Assembly (NCBI RefSeq): GCF_009914755.1
Contig: NC_060944.1
Reading direction: 5' to 3' (one strand)
Origin: the human T2T-CHM13v2.0 reference genome, Homo sapiens
Length of the DNA: 64,000 nucleotides
Both the position numbers and the translations under genes were made by a program. The notes below the pieces were generated by a model that worked only from the letters and a program-made list of their open reading frames with translations, did no database searches and was not told where the DNA came from. Positions 12,451-26,575 of the stretch are shown piece by piece (position 1 is the first letter of the stretch; each line of letters opens with the position of its first letter).

Positions 12451-12759
12451 ATGGGTTCAGCTCAGGGACTAGTCCATGTGTCAGGTCCATAGGGGGAAGG
12501 AGAGGCCATGTGCATATTGGTGATGGGCAGGCCCAGAGGTTCTGCTTCATCCCCAGCTGGTCCCTTGGTCACAGCTCTGGGTGTGTGGGAGGGAAGTACA
12601 GTGTGGGGAGATGGGCATCACCCACCATCTGGCACATCCGTGACCTAGAAGCAGCAAAGTACAAAATGGTAATTGGAAAAGGAGTCAAAATACCTGAATC
12701 CAGATCCATCATGGCCTCCTGCCAACAGTGTCGGATGTGGCAAGTTACCTCCTGAGTGT

Positions 12760-12975
12760 AACAGCATGGCGGATTCTGTAATCAGACAGAGGGGTTTGAC
12801 CTCTGCGTTACTACTTAGTCTTGTGACCTTGGCCATGTTACTCTCTGAGCCTGTTTTCTCATTTATAAAATGGCAATACGAGCACCCACTTCATAAATTT
12901 TTCTGAGAATTAATGAGATAGTGCATATATACTACATAACACAATACTTGGCATGCAGTAAATTATTCATAAATA
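12760..12975 (+). mobile_element. MIR
   Basis: tgtgaccttggccatgttactctctgagcctgttttctcatttataaaatgg core. Confidence 0.8.
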
Positions 12976-13760
12976 TTATCTATTGATAATATTTTTAAAA
13001 AACCAGAAAGACATCCTGTGAAGTGCTACGCAAATAAAAGGGCTCCAACTTCAAGTGATGTTAAGGAATACTGTGTATTTCCTTCCCTTCCTAGAAGGTG
13101 CCAATGCATGCTGATGGCTCTGAGAAGCCCTGCAATAATCCGGTTTCTCAGGCTTCTTGGATCCGTGATGCTTCTACATTGAACACCTATTAACATCTTC
13201 TAATTCTAGTGTTTTTGGGGAAATGCTGCAGAGCCCGCTTTGGGCTATGCTAACTAAGATCACCTTTGCAGCTCTAAAATCCTAATTCCCTTTCAGAGGA
13301 CTTTAGCTGCCCCACCCTGTTTCACATGGGACTAGAATCACTTTCCTCTTGTAGAAGCCTCCAGAAATTGCCTGTGTTTGGTCTACTGTTCCTTAAGGAC
13401 AGACCAGAATATGAAGAATTTAATAACCGCAGTGAGTGCCCTGCCAAAATGCTGTAGGGCCCAGGCCTCAACCTCTTGAATGTGGTAAGAACACAGAGTG
13501 CAGTTCCCCCAGCCAGCAGACCACAGACACTGCCAAACCCCTGCATTCCTAGTTCCCACACTGGCAGACCCCAGCCACCCTCCAACTAGTGTTTACCCAG
13601 TGCCTAATACGTGCAATTAGCATTCTTCTGGGGGGCACCTATAGTTTAGTGGTTCCGTACACGGGCTCTGCCATGTGACTGCCCAGCTTCAAATCAAGTT
13701 ACTCTACTTCCTTAGGATTCAGTTTCCTCATATGCAAAATGAGGATAATGACTGTACCTG

Positions 13761-14078
13761 GGCCAGGCTTGGTGGCTCACGCTTATAATCCCAACACTTT
13801 GGGAGGCCAAGGCAGGAGGAGCATTGAGCCTAAGAGTTCAAGACCAGCCTGGGCAACATAGGGTGAACTTGTCTCTACAAAAAATAAAAAAATTAGCCAG
13901 GCATGGTGGCATGAGCCTGTCGTCCTAGCTATTTGGGAGCCTGAAGCAAGAGGATCCCTTGAGCCTGGGAGATTGAGGCTGTAGTGAGCCATGTTCACAC
14001 CACTGCACTCCAGCCTGGGTGCCAGAGCAAGATATTTTATTTGTGTCTCTAAAATAAAGTAAAATAGTAAAATAAAAC
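13761..14078 (+). mobile_element. AluJ inserted into a MIR
   Basis: Full dimer with J-type positions; the MIR core ends at 13760 and resumes near 14095. Confidence 0.92.
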
Positions 14079-14124
14079 AACAGGAAACCGCACCTGTGTC
14101 TGTGAGGATTAGGTACCGCTGGAC

Positions 14125-14545
14125 AAACAGTAGACCCCAAACAGCAGCCACAGAAAAAGCTAGAGCTTGGTTTCTCTCTCACATGAAATGGTGGCAATCC
14201 AGGACTTTCATGCTGGTTACCCAAAGTCTTCAGGGATCCCATCTCCTGGTCTTCAACAAGTGGCTTCTATCTTCAAGGTCACCTCCTGGGCCAGGATAGC
14301 TGCTGGAGCTTCAGGCATTTCATCCTCATCCCAAATAGCAGCAGAAAGGGAGAGAGGAAGAGAACTTGCCCTCTTTTTAAGTAACTTTCCTGAAGACACA
14401 ACCAAACTTCCACTTATATCTCATTGGCTAGAACTTGTTCACATGGCCACATCTGAAGCCAAGTAGGCCAGGAAACGGGCAGTGGTCCTGTCACAAAGGC
14501 CAAGGGGAGACTGGACGTTGGGGTAGGCAACTAGCTGCTCTGCCA
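14125..14545 (-). mobile_element. MLT1 (MaLR) LTR, old subfamily
   Basis: tctcattggctagaacttgttcacatggccacatct and gggtaggcaactagctgctctgccaca termini. Confidence 0.6.
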
Positions 14546-16738
14546 CACGGAGTGTGCCCCTGGCTCATTCCAATAACAGCTAGGTATTATCATTATTAAT
14601 ATTAGCTCTGCAGACCTCGGCAAAGACAAGAAAACTGCCTAGGCCTTGTCTGTTGGTGTACCATTTATTCAGTAAACATGCATGGCATCTATATGTCAGC
14701 TCTCTTCTAGGGCTGGGAATATAGAAGAGATGTGGGAAGAGGCAGTATCTTGTGATGAAGAGAGTGGGGTCTGAAATACAGAGCCTGGGTTAGAGCCCCA
14801 TGTTGGCCACTTTCTGTGTGATCCTGAGAAATGGATGTAACTTCTGTGGGCTTTGTTGTCTTTGTCTCTAAGATGAGGAAGATGATAAGAATGCCATCAC
14901 AGGATTATTCTCAGGGTGAAATGCATTAGTACAAATAAAGGGCTTTGAATACTTCGAGGGAGAAGGCTCTGATTCTTTCAATGGACCCACGCAGCTGCTC
15001 CATGGGTCCGTGGAGCAGCTTGCTTTGCTTTTACAAAGCTTTACTTTGCTTTCACCCTGCCCGCCTTAAGTATTCACTGAGCACGTACTTTGCTAGGTAC
15101 TGGGGATTCACAGATGAAATACATGTAGATCTGTATCCCCTAATCACACAAATGTTTCCTGAGCCTCTGCTATGTGCAAAACTCCATGCACCAGATGACA
15201 ATACTGAAAGAGACTTGGCAGAGCTGTGGAGGCAGGTGTGGGATATATTAAGGACATACCTTGAGAACTTTTGTTCCGGGCAAGAGGGATCTAAGGGGCT
15301 AAGAGAGGTGGGTCTGGTCCCAGCTGTGTTGGTGAGAGGTAGCGTGTGGACATCTGTGTTGCATAATTCTGGACAGGCAGCAAAGCCTGACCTGTGGATG
15401 GGGCCTGGGAGAGGAGGACACCCAATTCCAGCACAGAAAAGTAGTACTGTATTTTCCTGGGTCATCAAATGAGCAGTAATCTGGGAACAAAAGATGATTA
15501 GCCATGGATGCCTGCCGAGCTGAGCCAGTTGCTTGCACCCCGGAACCCAGCCAGTGCTCTGCTCTCAGGGTCCCAAACTCGCTTCCCTGGACTGTCCTTT
15601 GAGACTCTCACACCCACTCTCCAGCCAGCTTTGGAGAACAGTTAAAATAGCAAGTTCTGCCCATCTGTGTCAGTTCCAAGCACTCCTTCAATATATGTTC
15701 TATGGTAAGCAACAGAATTCCACTAGGCATGGTTTACAGCCCTCACTAGGAGGACGCTGGAAGGACATTGCAGGAGGAAAAGGCTCCCTACAATATCCTG
15801 CATGGGGGAGGGGGGAGGGGTCTGCAGTGGATTCCTACCCTAGCCATAGGCCCAGAACACAATTTCTGTGCGACTCTGCAGCCTCAGTCTAGTGGTAACT
15901 TTTCTACAGCCTCGTAAAACCAAAGCCCTCATGTGGCCTGCACACAGTTGACTGTGGCTGGGGTCTCGCATCCCCAGCAGCAGAGCAAGCTCATGTTCAG
16001 CCCTGATTGTCTAAAGACTTCTTGCTCCCACTGGTGCCTGGACTCCCACTGCATGTCCATGATGCTGCGTGCCCATGACAGTGGTTGCTGAAGGCCTTGT
16101 CTCCTTGACCACACTCTGGAGGGCCTACTGCTCACCCAGCAGCTCCAGGCCAGCTCCAGCCTGACTACACCATCAAACTTCTCCGCTATCCAGTGGCTGA
16201 ACTACAGCTTTTCCAACAAAGTCCAAACTCCTTCCAAGTTTGCCCTTCCTTGGGCATTTATGAAAATACTACAGCTAACATCATACTAACGGTAGAAGAC
16301 TGAGTAACTTCCCCCTAACATCAGGAATAAGGATGTCCGCCCTTATCATTCAACATTGTACTAGCGTTTCTAGCCAGTGCCATCAGTCAAGAAATAAAGA
16401 AATAAAAGGCATGAGATTAAGAGAAGTAAAACTGTTTTTATTTGCAGATGACATCATCATCTATGTAGAAAATCTAATGAAATCTATAAAAAGCTATTAG
16501 AACTAAGTGAATTTGGCAAGGTTGCCAGATTCACGATCCATATACAACAATCAATTGTATTTCCATATGCTAGCAATAAATAATCAGGAATTGAAATGGA
16601 AAAAATAATACCCATTTAAAATATCATCAAAAAGTATGAACTACATATGGATAAATCTGGCAAAAGAAATCAAAGATTTGCATGGTCTACAAAATATTGC
16701 TGGGAAAATTAAAGAAATTTAAATAAATGAGGAGATAT

Positions 16739-17652
<914 letters not shown>

Positions 17653-18294
17653 TAGTTTGTTCGTGGGCCGGAAAACTCAAAGTCATTAAGATGGCAATTC
17701 TCTCTGAACTCACCTATAGATTCACTGGAATCCCCACCAAAATCTCAGCAGGCTCTTTTTGTAGGAATCGACAAGCTGATTTTAAAACTCATATAAAAAA
17801 ATAAAGGGGCCTAAAATGGTCAAAACAACTCTAAAAAAGAACAGTTAGAGGGCTAACACTATCTGATTTGAAGAAGTATTATGAAGCTACATTAATCAGA
17901 ACAGCATGGTATTGGCATAAAGATAGGCATATAGATCAACAGACAAGAATAGTGAGTCCAAAATTAGATCCACATGTATTTAGACAACTGATTTTTGACA
18001 AAGTTACAAAGGCAGTGCTGTGGAAAAAGGCTAGCGTTTTTAACAAATGGTGCTAGAATAACCAGATAACTATATTTAAAAAAATAAACTCAATATATGC
18101 CTCACACTGTATACAAAAGTTAAATCGAAGTGGATCAAAGATTTAAATATAAAATGACAAAACTTCTAGGAGAAAACATACAAGAAAATCCCGATGGCAC
18201 TGGCAGATATCTCTTAGATGACAGCAAAAGCACAATTTATAAAAGAACAAATGGATAAATTGAACCACATCAAAATTTAAAACTTCTGTATTTC

Positions 18295-18609
<315 letters not shown>

Positions 18610-18927
18610 TCAAGGGACACTGTTAAAAGAATAAACAGACAAAACAGACTGGGAGAAAATCTTTACAAAGCATGTATTTAATAAAGAATTTGTATCAAGA
18701 ATATAAAGAACTGTCAAAATTGAATAATAATAAAACACCCCCGCAAGCTGGCAAAAGATTTGAATAGACATGTCACCAGAGACCATAAGCATGGCAAACT
18801 GCACATAAAAAGATGCTCAACATCATTTGCCATCAAGGAAAATTAAATTGAAAAGTTTTAAATTTAAATTTAATTGTTTTATACTTAAGTTGTAAACATT
18901 TTAAATTTAAATTTAAAGATCAAATTA

Positions 18928-19235
18928 GGCCGGGCACAGTGCCTCACGCCTGTAATCCCAGCACTTTGGGAGGCCGAGATGGGTGGATCACCTGAGGGCA
19001 GGAATTGCAGACAAGCCTGGCCAACATGGTAAAACCCCGCCTCTACTAAAAATACAAAAATTAGCTGGGCGTGGTGGCATGCACCTGTAAACCCAGCTAC
19101 CCAGGAGGCTGAGGCAGGAGAATTGCTGGAACCTGGCAGGCAGAGGTTTCAGTGAGCCGAGATCACACCACTGCACTCTAGCCTGGGTGACAGAGCAAGA
19201 CTCCGTCTCAAAAAAAAAAAAAAAAAAAAAAAAAA
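18928..19235 (+). mobile_element. AluSx-like
   Basis: Full dimer, long pure A tail, TSD atcaaatta. Confidence 0.93.
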
Positions 19236-19704
19236 TCAAATTAAATCTCCAATAAGGTGCTACTTGCTACACACCTATGTTGGTAAGTAGGAGGAAGAAC
19301 TGGAACTCTTATGCCCTGTTGGTAGGATGGAAAATGGTATTACCACTTTTGAAACACTTCAGCAATTTCTTAAAAATTAACCATAAACTCCAGCCATTTC
19401 ACTTCCAGGTACTTACTCAAAAGAAAAGGAAATCCATGTTCATGCAAAGACTTAGATAAGTACATCTTTATTTATAATAGCCCCAAACTGGAAACAACCC
19501 ATCTGTCCATCTGCATATCAATGCATGGATAAAAGAATTGTGGTATATCCACACAGCCAAATGCTACTCAAGAACACAAAGGAAAACTAGGCATACATGC
19601 AGTAACATGGGTGAGTCTCAAAGTAACAATGCTGAGGGAGAGGAACTAGACACAAAGAGTATGATTTTATTTACATAAAACGCTAAAAAATGCAAACCAA
19701 TCTA

Positions 19705-20175
<471 letters not shown>

Positions 20176-20254
20176 TTATTAAGTCGTATATTAAAATATG
20201 GGCAATTCATTGTGTGTCAACTATACCTCAATCAAATTGTTTTTAAAAAGTAGG

Positions 20255-21385
20255 AAGGACATAAGAGTTCACCTGAAGGGGCCCCTACCTGGAGGCCAAA
20301 CTTGGAACAATTTGAGCGTCAAATAAGAACAGTGATGATAATGGATTTACAACACATCGAACAATAATAATAGTTTTTTAATCTGTGTATGATGATACTA
20401 CGAAAACAGGGGAGAGGGAAGGGAGAGGAAAACTTTACAGAAGAACATAGAAAGGATAATGGGAAAAATCTCTATTTGCAGCTACTAATGCAATAATTGA
20501 TTCAGGCAAGGCATCAATAGCTGCTAAAATCACTATGTGAAAATTCGTGAGGAAACAGGTACTCACATATCTCAAATATCATAATTCATCACACAGATGA
20601 ATTACTATGTACAAAAGGAAAGATTAGCTTTATAATGGAGAGATCTTCGGGAACACATTAGTCAAATGATCACACCTTAGCATTACCAATGATGAGACAA
20701 ACTGGCAGGAGGCCCCTCCTTATATAACACAATGGGAGACACAGCCTCCCCTCTGCAGATCTCGTGCCCAGAATGCTTAGCCAAGTCTAATCACAAGGAA
20801 ACAATCAGACACACCCAAATTGAGGAACATTCTACAAGACACCTGGGCTGTCTCTTTTACAAATGTCAATGTCATGAAAGGAAAAAAAAGGTGGGGGCGA
20901 TGGTACAGTGGGGACTATTCATTCCAGATTAGACCCTAAAGGAATGTAACAACCAAAGGAAGTGCCTGATCCTTGATGGAATCCCGTACTGAAAAGAATA
21001 AAAGTAAAACTGCTATAAAGGACATTATCGAGACATTTGGGGAACTAGAATATGAGCTGTATGAGGACAGCCTTGTAACAATGTTAAACATTTTGGTTAT
21101 TCTGGTATTTAGTTAGTATTTTTGTTGTGTGGGAGAATGCCGCTTGTTGTAGTATTCTGCTTGATACACGGATGCATGCCCAAGTTTTTAGGGGTGAAGC
21201 TTTATGATATCTCTCTCGCTCTCTCCCACCCTGCCCTACCCCAGCCACATACCTGCCTACCAAGAGAACAGCACAAATGTGGCAAAATGCTAACTAGGGA
21301 GGCTTGGCGAAGGGTGTAAGGGTATTCATTGCATGATTCTTTTAATTTCTCTGTAGTACAAAAATATTCAAATTAAAAGCTAGAG
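20255..21385 (+). mobile_element. L1MC/L1ME-type 3' region
   Basis: aattgattcaggcaag, acccaaattgaggaacattctacaa and ggtattcattgcatgattct...aaattaaaag motifs. Confidence 0.7.
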
Positions 21386-21389
21386 GGCA

Positions 21390-21691
21390 GGCTGGGCGTG
21401 GCAGCTCACGCCTGTAATCCCAACACTTTGGGAGTCCGAGGCAGGTGGATCATTTGAGATCTGGAGTTCAAGACCAGCCTGGCCAACATGGTGAAACCCC
21501 ATCTCTACTATAAAAAAAAAAAAAACAAAAATTAGCCGGGCATGGTGGCAGACATCTATAATCCCAGCTACTCAAGAGGCTGTGGCAGGAGAATCATTTG
21601 AACCCAGGAGGCGGAGGCTACAATGAGCTGAGATCGTGCCTCTGCACTCCAGCCTGGGTGACAGAGTGAGACATCATTTAAATAAATAAAT
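21390..21691 (+). mobile_element. Alu (S/J)
   Basis: Full dimer, (TAAA)n tail, TSD taaaagct(a/g)gaggg. Confidence 0.92.
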
Positions 21692-22572
21692 AAAAGCTGG
21701 AGGGGAAAGGTAGGGGTGGCTGGTCCAGAAGGGTCCTTCCAGCTCCAAGAGTCAGCTACCAGCTCTGACCTTTGATTGCCAGTACCTGGGCCCCTCCTGC
21801 CCACCTGGCAGCATCTTCCTTCTCCCAGCAGCCATGGTGCTGTCCATCCTGCCGGACCTGGACCACTGGGAGCAGGAGGTCACCTCCTCCTGCCCATAGC
21901 TCAGAATGAAAGCATAGGTGAGTTGCAGAGGAGGGAGCAAATATGGAGAAGTAATAGATGGGCAGGCTGCAGATGGGAGGGAGCATGGCCTCAGGAGGTA
22001 GGGGACCCCCAGATCTGTTTGTAGATGAGAGACCCACAGCTGCCACTCTGTGCATGTTGATAGGACCAGACTTGCCCTCAGGTCTGCTGGCTGGAAGCCT
22101 GCAGTGGTGTCCATCCCTCCGAGTCCTCACCACGCATACATCCTCTACTCTCCTCTCCCCTCACTCACGCCGTTCCAGCCTCCCCACACCCCCACCCTGC
22201 CCTGAGCTGCTGTGTTATGGCAAGGACACACAGGCCTGCCCCAGGGCCCCTGCACTTGTTCACTCTCCTGCACTGCTTCCCCCTGCCCCTGCCCTGATGT
22301 CTGCCCAGCCACACCCTCGCCTCTGTCTTCCTTGCTGGCTTTGTTTTTGTTTTTCTCCAGAGGACACATCACCATGTGACATCCCACCTGCGTGTCATGC
22401 TTCTTGTCTGTCTCTCCCCCCACATGCCAGGGGCATCATTTTTATCCACTGTGTTCGCTGCCATATCCCCAGCATCTAGTAGGGTGCAGGGTACATGGTA
22501 GATGCTCAGTAAAGAGTTTGTGAGTGAATGACTCCAAAGCCAGGTTTCTGCTTTCCCTTGGACAGTGGTGTC

Positions 22573-22582
22573 TGTGTGTGAA

Positions 22583-22614
<32 letters not shown>

Positions 22615-22623
22615 CACGTGTGT
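22573..22623. repeat. (TG)n-(CG)n microsatellite
   Basis: Unbroken purine/pyrimidine alternation from 22583 to 22623. Confidence 0.95.
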
Positions 22624-24000
22624 CAGTTGGGCAGGTTGGAGGGTGTCCAGCCAGCTGGGTCATTCCTCTGGGACTCATTTCCTGGGGTGCAGGCAGAGTT
22701 CTCAGAGGGCTGTGAGGACGCCACTTGCAGCATCAACACATTACATAATCTGGCACTGGACAGCGGTGAGGGGCAGGCAAAGCCTTTATTCTGTGTTTGC
22801 CCAGAGAAACTTCCCCAGGTCATGTCCTAAGCTGCCAGCTCTTCAGCTTTGTGCTCTCTAATTGCCCTGACAGATCCCACCACCCATTCACCCGGCCCAC
22901 TGGCTCTGAAAGAAGACTGCATGGGTGACGCTCGGAGCTTGGGAGGAGCCCAGGCCCTGGTATGTTCTGGATGCTGTTGCCTGGGGCCTGAGCCCCACCC
23001 AGGCAGTGATGACCCTGCGAGGCCGAGCCTCTCCATCCTCCCGTCTGTACACGCGCAGGGCTCCAGGTGCTCCCTCTGGTGCCGCCTCGCTGCCTTCTGA
23101 GCTTTCCTGAGCTTGGACTCATGGCCTGAGCTGCCCCTGTGGGCACAACCGGATGCCTCCTCCTACCCACAGAGTGGCTCAGGTAGCTCATCCTCTGTCC
23201 ACCTGGGACTAGCACTGTCACTGACCTCTCAGAGTTATGGGGACACGGTGCATGTCAGGAGTCCAGCTCCTTCTCAAAGGTCAGTGAGTGACAGCTATTG
23301 TTGTAGTCACAGTCCCTGAGGGTCCACAGTGAGCAAGGCCATGCCAGCTCCCGGGGCTTCAGAATCAGCCATCCCTCCAGTCCCTGCTTTGTTGGCACAT
23401 GGAGCCCGGTACAGGGAGATACATATACATAAACAAACGTATACGTATACATCAGGCAGGGAGAGCTTTGAAGAGAGAAGTCAGGTCATGGGATATGGAG
23501 GGCCAGGCCGTCAGGGCAGCTTCCCTGCAGAGGTGACAGCTGAGCAGAGGCCTGACTGGAGTTGGGGTGAGCCAGGCGGTGGCTGGGAGGGGGAGCAGCA
23601 GGTTCAGAAGCCCTGAGTGGAGGGTTGGGGGCGTCTAGGCCAGGCTGGCTGCAGCAGAGGAAGCAAGGGGAAGAAGGGAAGTCGGAGGTGTCAGATCAGG
23701 GGCTTTGCAGTCCTTTGCATGGTCCCTGGTTTTCCTCCAAGTAGGGAGGGGTACTTTTGAGGGTTTTGAGCAGAGTGGCAGGATCTGGCTTCCATTTTCA
23801 AAGGGTCCCTTGGCTTCTATATTAGGAATAAATTGGGATGGAGATGGCTGAAGAAGCAGGCAGATGGGCCAGGAGGAGCCCCATGAACTCGGAAGGGCTG
23901 GAGGTTCTTGGGCCAGGCTGTCAGGGTGGAGACGTGAGAAGTGGCCAGAGCCTGGAGAGCTCTGGGAGTGGCCAACAGGTTGGCCATGACAATAGAATCT

Positions 24001-24124
24001 AGGCAGTCCTACTCCAGAGCCTCACCCTCCACTTGCTGCCCCCTGAGCCCAGACGGGACTGTGGAAAGGTCAAGGCCTAAGGAGCATAAGAAGTGACTGA
24101 CAAACGTTAGCTCCCTCATCCTGG
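24001..24124 (+). repeat. Dispersed direct repeat, copy 1
   Basis: Ungapped match to 24861-24984; 17 mismatches in 124 nt, counted by hand. Confidence 0.9.
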
Positions 24125-24860
24125 GGAGGAGGGGAGAATGGAGTGTCAGGAGCACAGCTGTTGACTCTTAACACCTTCTTTGTGTCATGCCCTGATGTAC
24201 CGGTTACACTTCTAATCTCCACAGCACCCCCTGAAACTGCACACTGTGGTCCTCATTTTAAATAGAGAGGAACTGAGGCTCGATGAGTGGGGAATGACTT
24301 GAACCAAGGGCTGCTGGCTCAGTCGAGGCACCAGCATGAGGGTCGTCCTTCCCTTTCTCAGAGACGTCCTTTATAAAGAGGCTGTGGTTGAGGCCAGGGC
24401 TCACCTCCACCCCATCAGCATCTCAAACTGTTTTCTCTAGAGTCACATAGCACTTTCCTCTGAGAAGAGGGGCGCCCATCACGGTTTTCCCTACCCTATT
24501 GCAGGGCCAGTGACATCTCCACGCCTTTTACCCATCTGTGCCTTCCTGCTTCCCCCAAATGTGCCCATACCTCCACCCACCTGTCCAAGGGTGCCTCAGC
24601 TCAACAGGTGAAAGGTGGAGCTAACCTCCTCTCCCATCTGCACCCTCCATCATACTCCTCCTCCTGTCCCCTGGGGACAAGGACGCATATGCTTCTCCCA
24701 GCCCTTGGCAGGTACTAGCAACTCACTGCGGGCATCTGCTCTAGGAGCTAGGCACAATGGGTAACCCCATTGTACAGATGAGAAAAGCAAAGCACACGGA
24801 TGTTAACCCACTTGCCTGAAGTCAGCCAGCAGGTGACTGGCGGAGCTGGGATTTGAACCT

Positions 24861-24984
24861 AGGCAGTCCTGCTCCAGAGCCTGACCCTTCACTCGCTGCC
24901 CACTGAGCCCAGATGGGACTGAGGGGAGGTGGAGGCCCAAGGTGCATAAGAAGTGCTTGACAAATGTTAGCTCCCTCGTCCTGG
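24861..24984 (+). repeat. Dispersed direct repeat, copy 2
   Basis: As copy 1; preceded by the remainder of an antisense MIR (~24750-24890). Confidence 0.9.
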
Positions 24985-25884
24985 CCTTCAGACAAAATAC
25001 TGCAGCCTGGAAAGCCTCACTGTGACACGATTGCATGCTGCTAGGTGTGTTGTTACTGCTCCTATTCTACCGATGAGAAAACCAGTGCTGCTGGAACATC
25101 AGCCAATTCCCCACAATGAGGAGGAGGGAACCTGAGCCCGACGCGGAAGCAGCAGACCCAGATGAAGGGAGTCCCTTCAGTGTCTTTCCTATGTGACCAT
25201 CAAGCACGCGCCAGGGAGGCGTCAACCCGGTCGACTGCAGTCCAGGCGTGGGAGGGAAAGCCAAGTCCGAGGCCTATTTTACACTTTTGAGTTTTCCTCT
25301 GGATGAAAAAAGCAGTTCATTAGTGAGATGGCCACTGCGTCCTGCGCCTGAAACGTCGGTAGCAGAGGTAATTGGGGGCCTCTGTCTGGCCTCTCAGTCC
25401 TTGAGAATTTTCAGGTAGATTTTAGCCGGGAGCACTGAATTCTACTTACAATGTAAAATGCGTCTGTGAAGTGTTTTCTCTGAAGTGGGAGTAGGTAATT
25501 GATTTTTTAAAGAAAGCCACCTTTTGGATTCCGGAAAACACTTTCAGGTCCGTCTCTTATTTTTCAGCACATAAAGGCAATTATCCCAGGTCAGCACTTC
25601 CCACAGGAAATGGGACTCTAATTTTGCACAACAAATGTTTCACTGTTGCATTTTCCTTATTGCAAGAGAGATTGTTGTCCCAGCTTGTTTCACATCAGAG
25701 TGAGAAAAACCAAGCCCTGCCTTAAACAGTGGCTGAGGTTAGAGATTCCACAGGGTTTCGAAAGCCCTCTGTGTCCAACTCACCATGTGTTGCTGGCAGA
25801 GCCGCTTTCCTGCTCCGTGCCTTAGTTTCCCCATTTGTACAGTAGTGATCAGCACAGCACCACCTCTAATAATTCCCAGCAGTG

Positions 25885-26575
25885 GTACATGGTAAAAATG
25901 GTCACGCGATCCCTTTCCTCTCTCTATGCCCTTTGGAAATCTCTTCCTACCCCGACAATGGTCATGGCCACATGACTTGCTTTGGCCAATGGTGACAATA
26001 ACAAACATAATGCAAGCTGAGGCTTGGAAGCACCGCCGCTCTTTGGAACGCTGAGACCACCATGAATGAGCCTGAGCTAGCCTGTTGGAGGGTGAGAGGC
26101 CACATGAGACAGCAGTGAGCCCTCCCGGCTGCGCCAGACAGATGCCTGAGGCCATCCTAGATGAGCTGGTCTAGACCGGAAGATCCATGGAATCGTTAGA
26201 AATAATTGCTTATTGTTTTTGTTTGTTTGTTTGAAAGGGAGTCTCACTCTGTTGCCTAGGCTTAAGTACAGTGGTGCCATCTCAGCCCATTGAAACCTCT
26301 GCCTCCTGGGTTCAAGAGATTCTCCTGCCTCAGCCTCCCAAGTAGCAGGGATTACAGGCACCCGCCACCACACCCGGCTAATTTTTGTATTTTTAGTAGA
26401 GACTAGGTTTCACCATGTTGGCCAGTCTGGTCTTGAACTCCTGACCTCAGGTGATCTGCCCACCTGGGCCTCCCAAAGTGCTAGGATTACAGGCGTGAGC
26501 CACCGCACCTGGTCTGCTTATTGTTTTAATCCATTAAACTTAGGGGATGTTTCGTTGCACAATAGGAGCTGACAC
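25885..26575 (+). mobile_element. MLT1 (F/G/H-like) LTR split by an Alu
   Basis: ggccacatgacttgctttggccaatgg, gagcctgagctagcctg and the gcacaataggagctgacac end. Confidence 0.75.
26220..26514 (-). mobile_element. AluSx-like
   Basis: Antisense dimer; TSD tgcttattgtttt at 26207-26219 and 26515-26527. Confidence 0.93.

Noticed and set aside
14945-15472. 175-aa ORF overlapped by a 138-aa antisense ORF
   Set aside because: No ATG start, crosses degenerate MIR/L2-like sequence, no recognisable domain or splice context.
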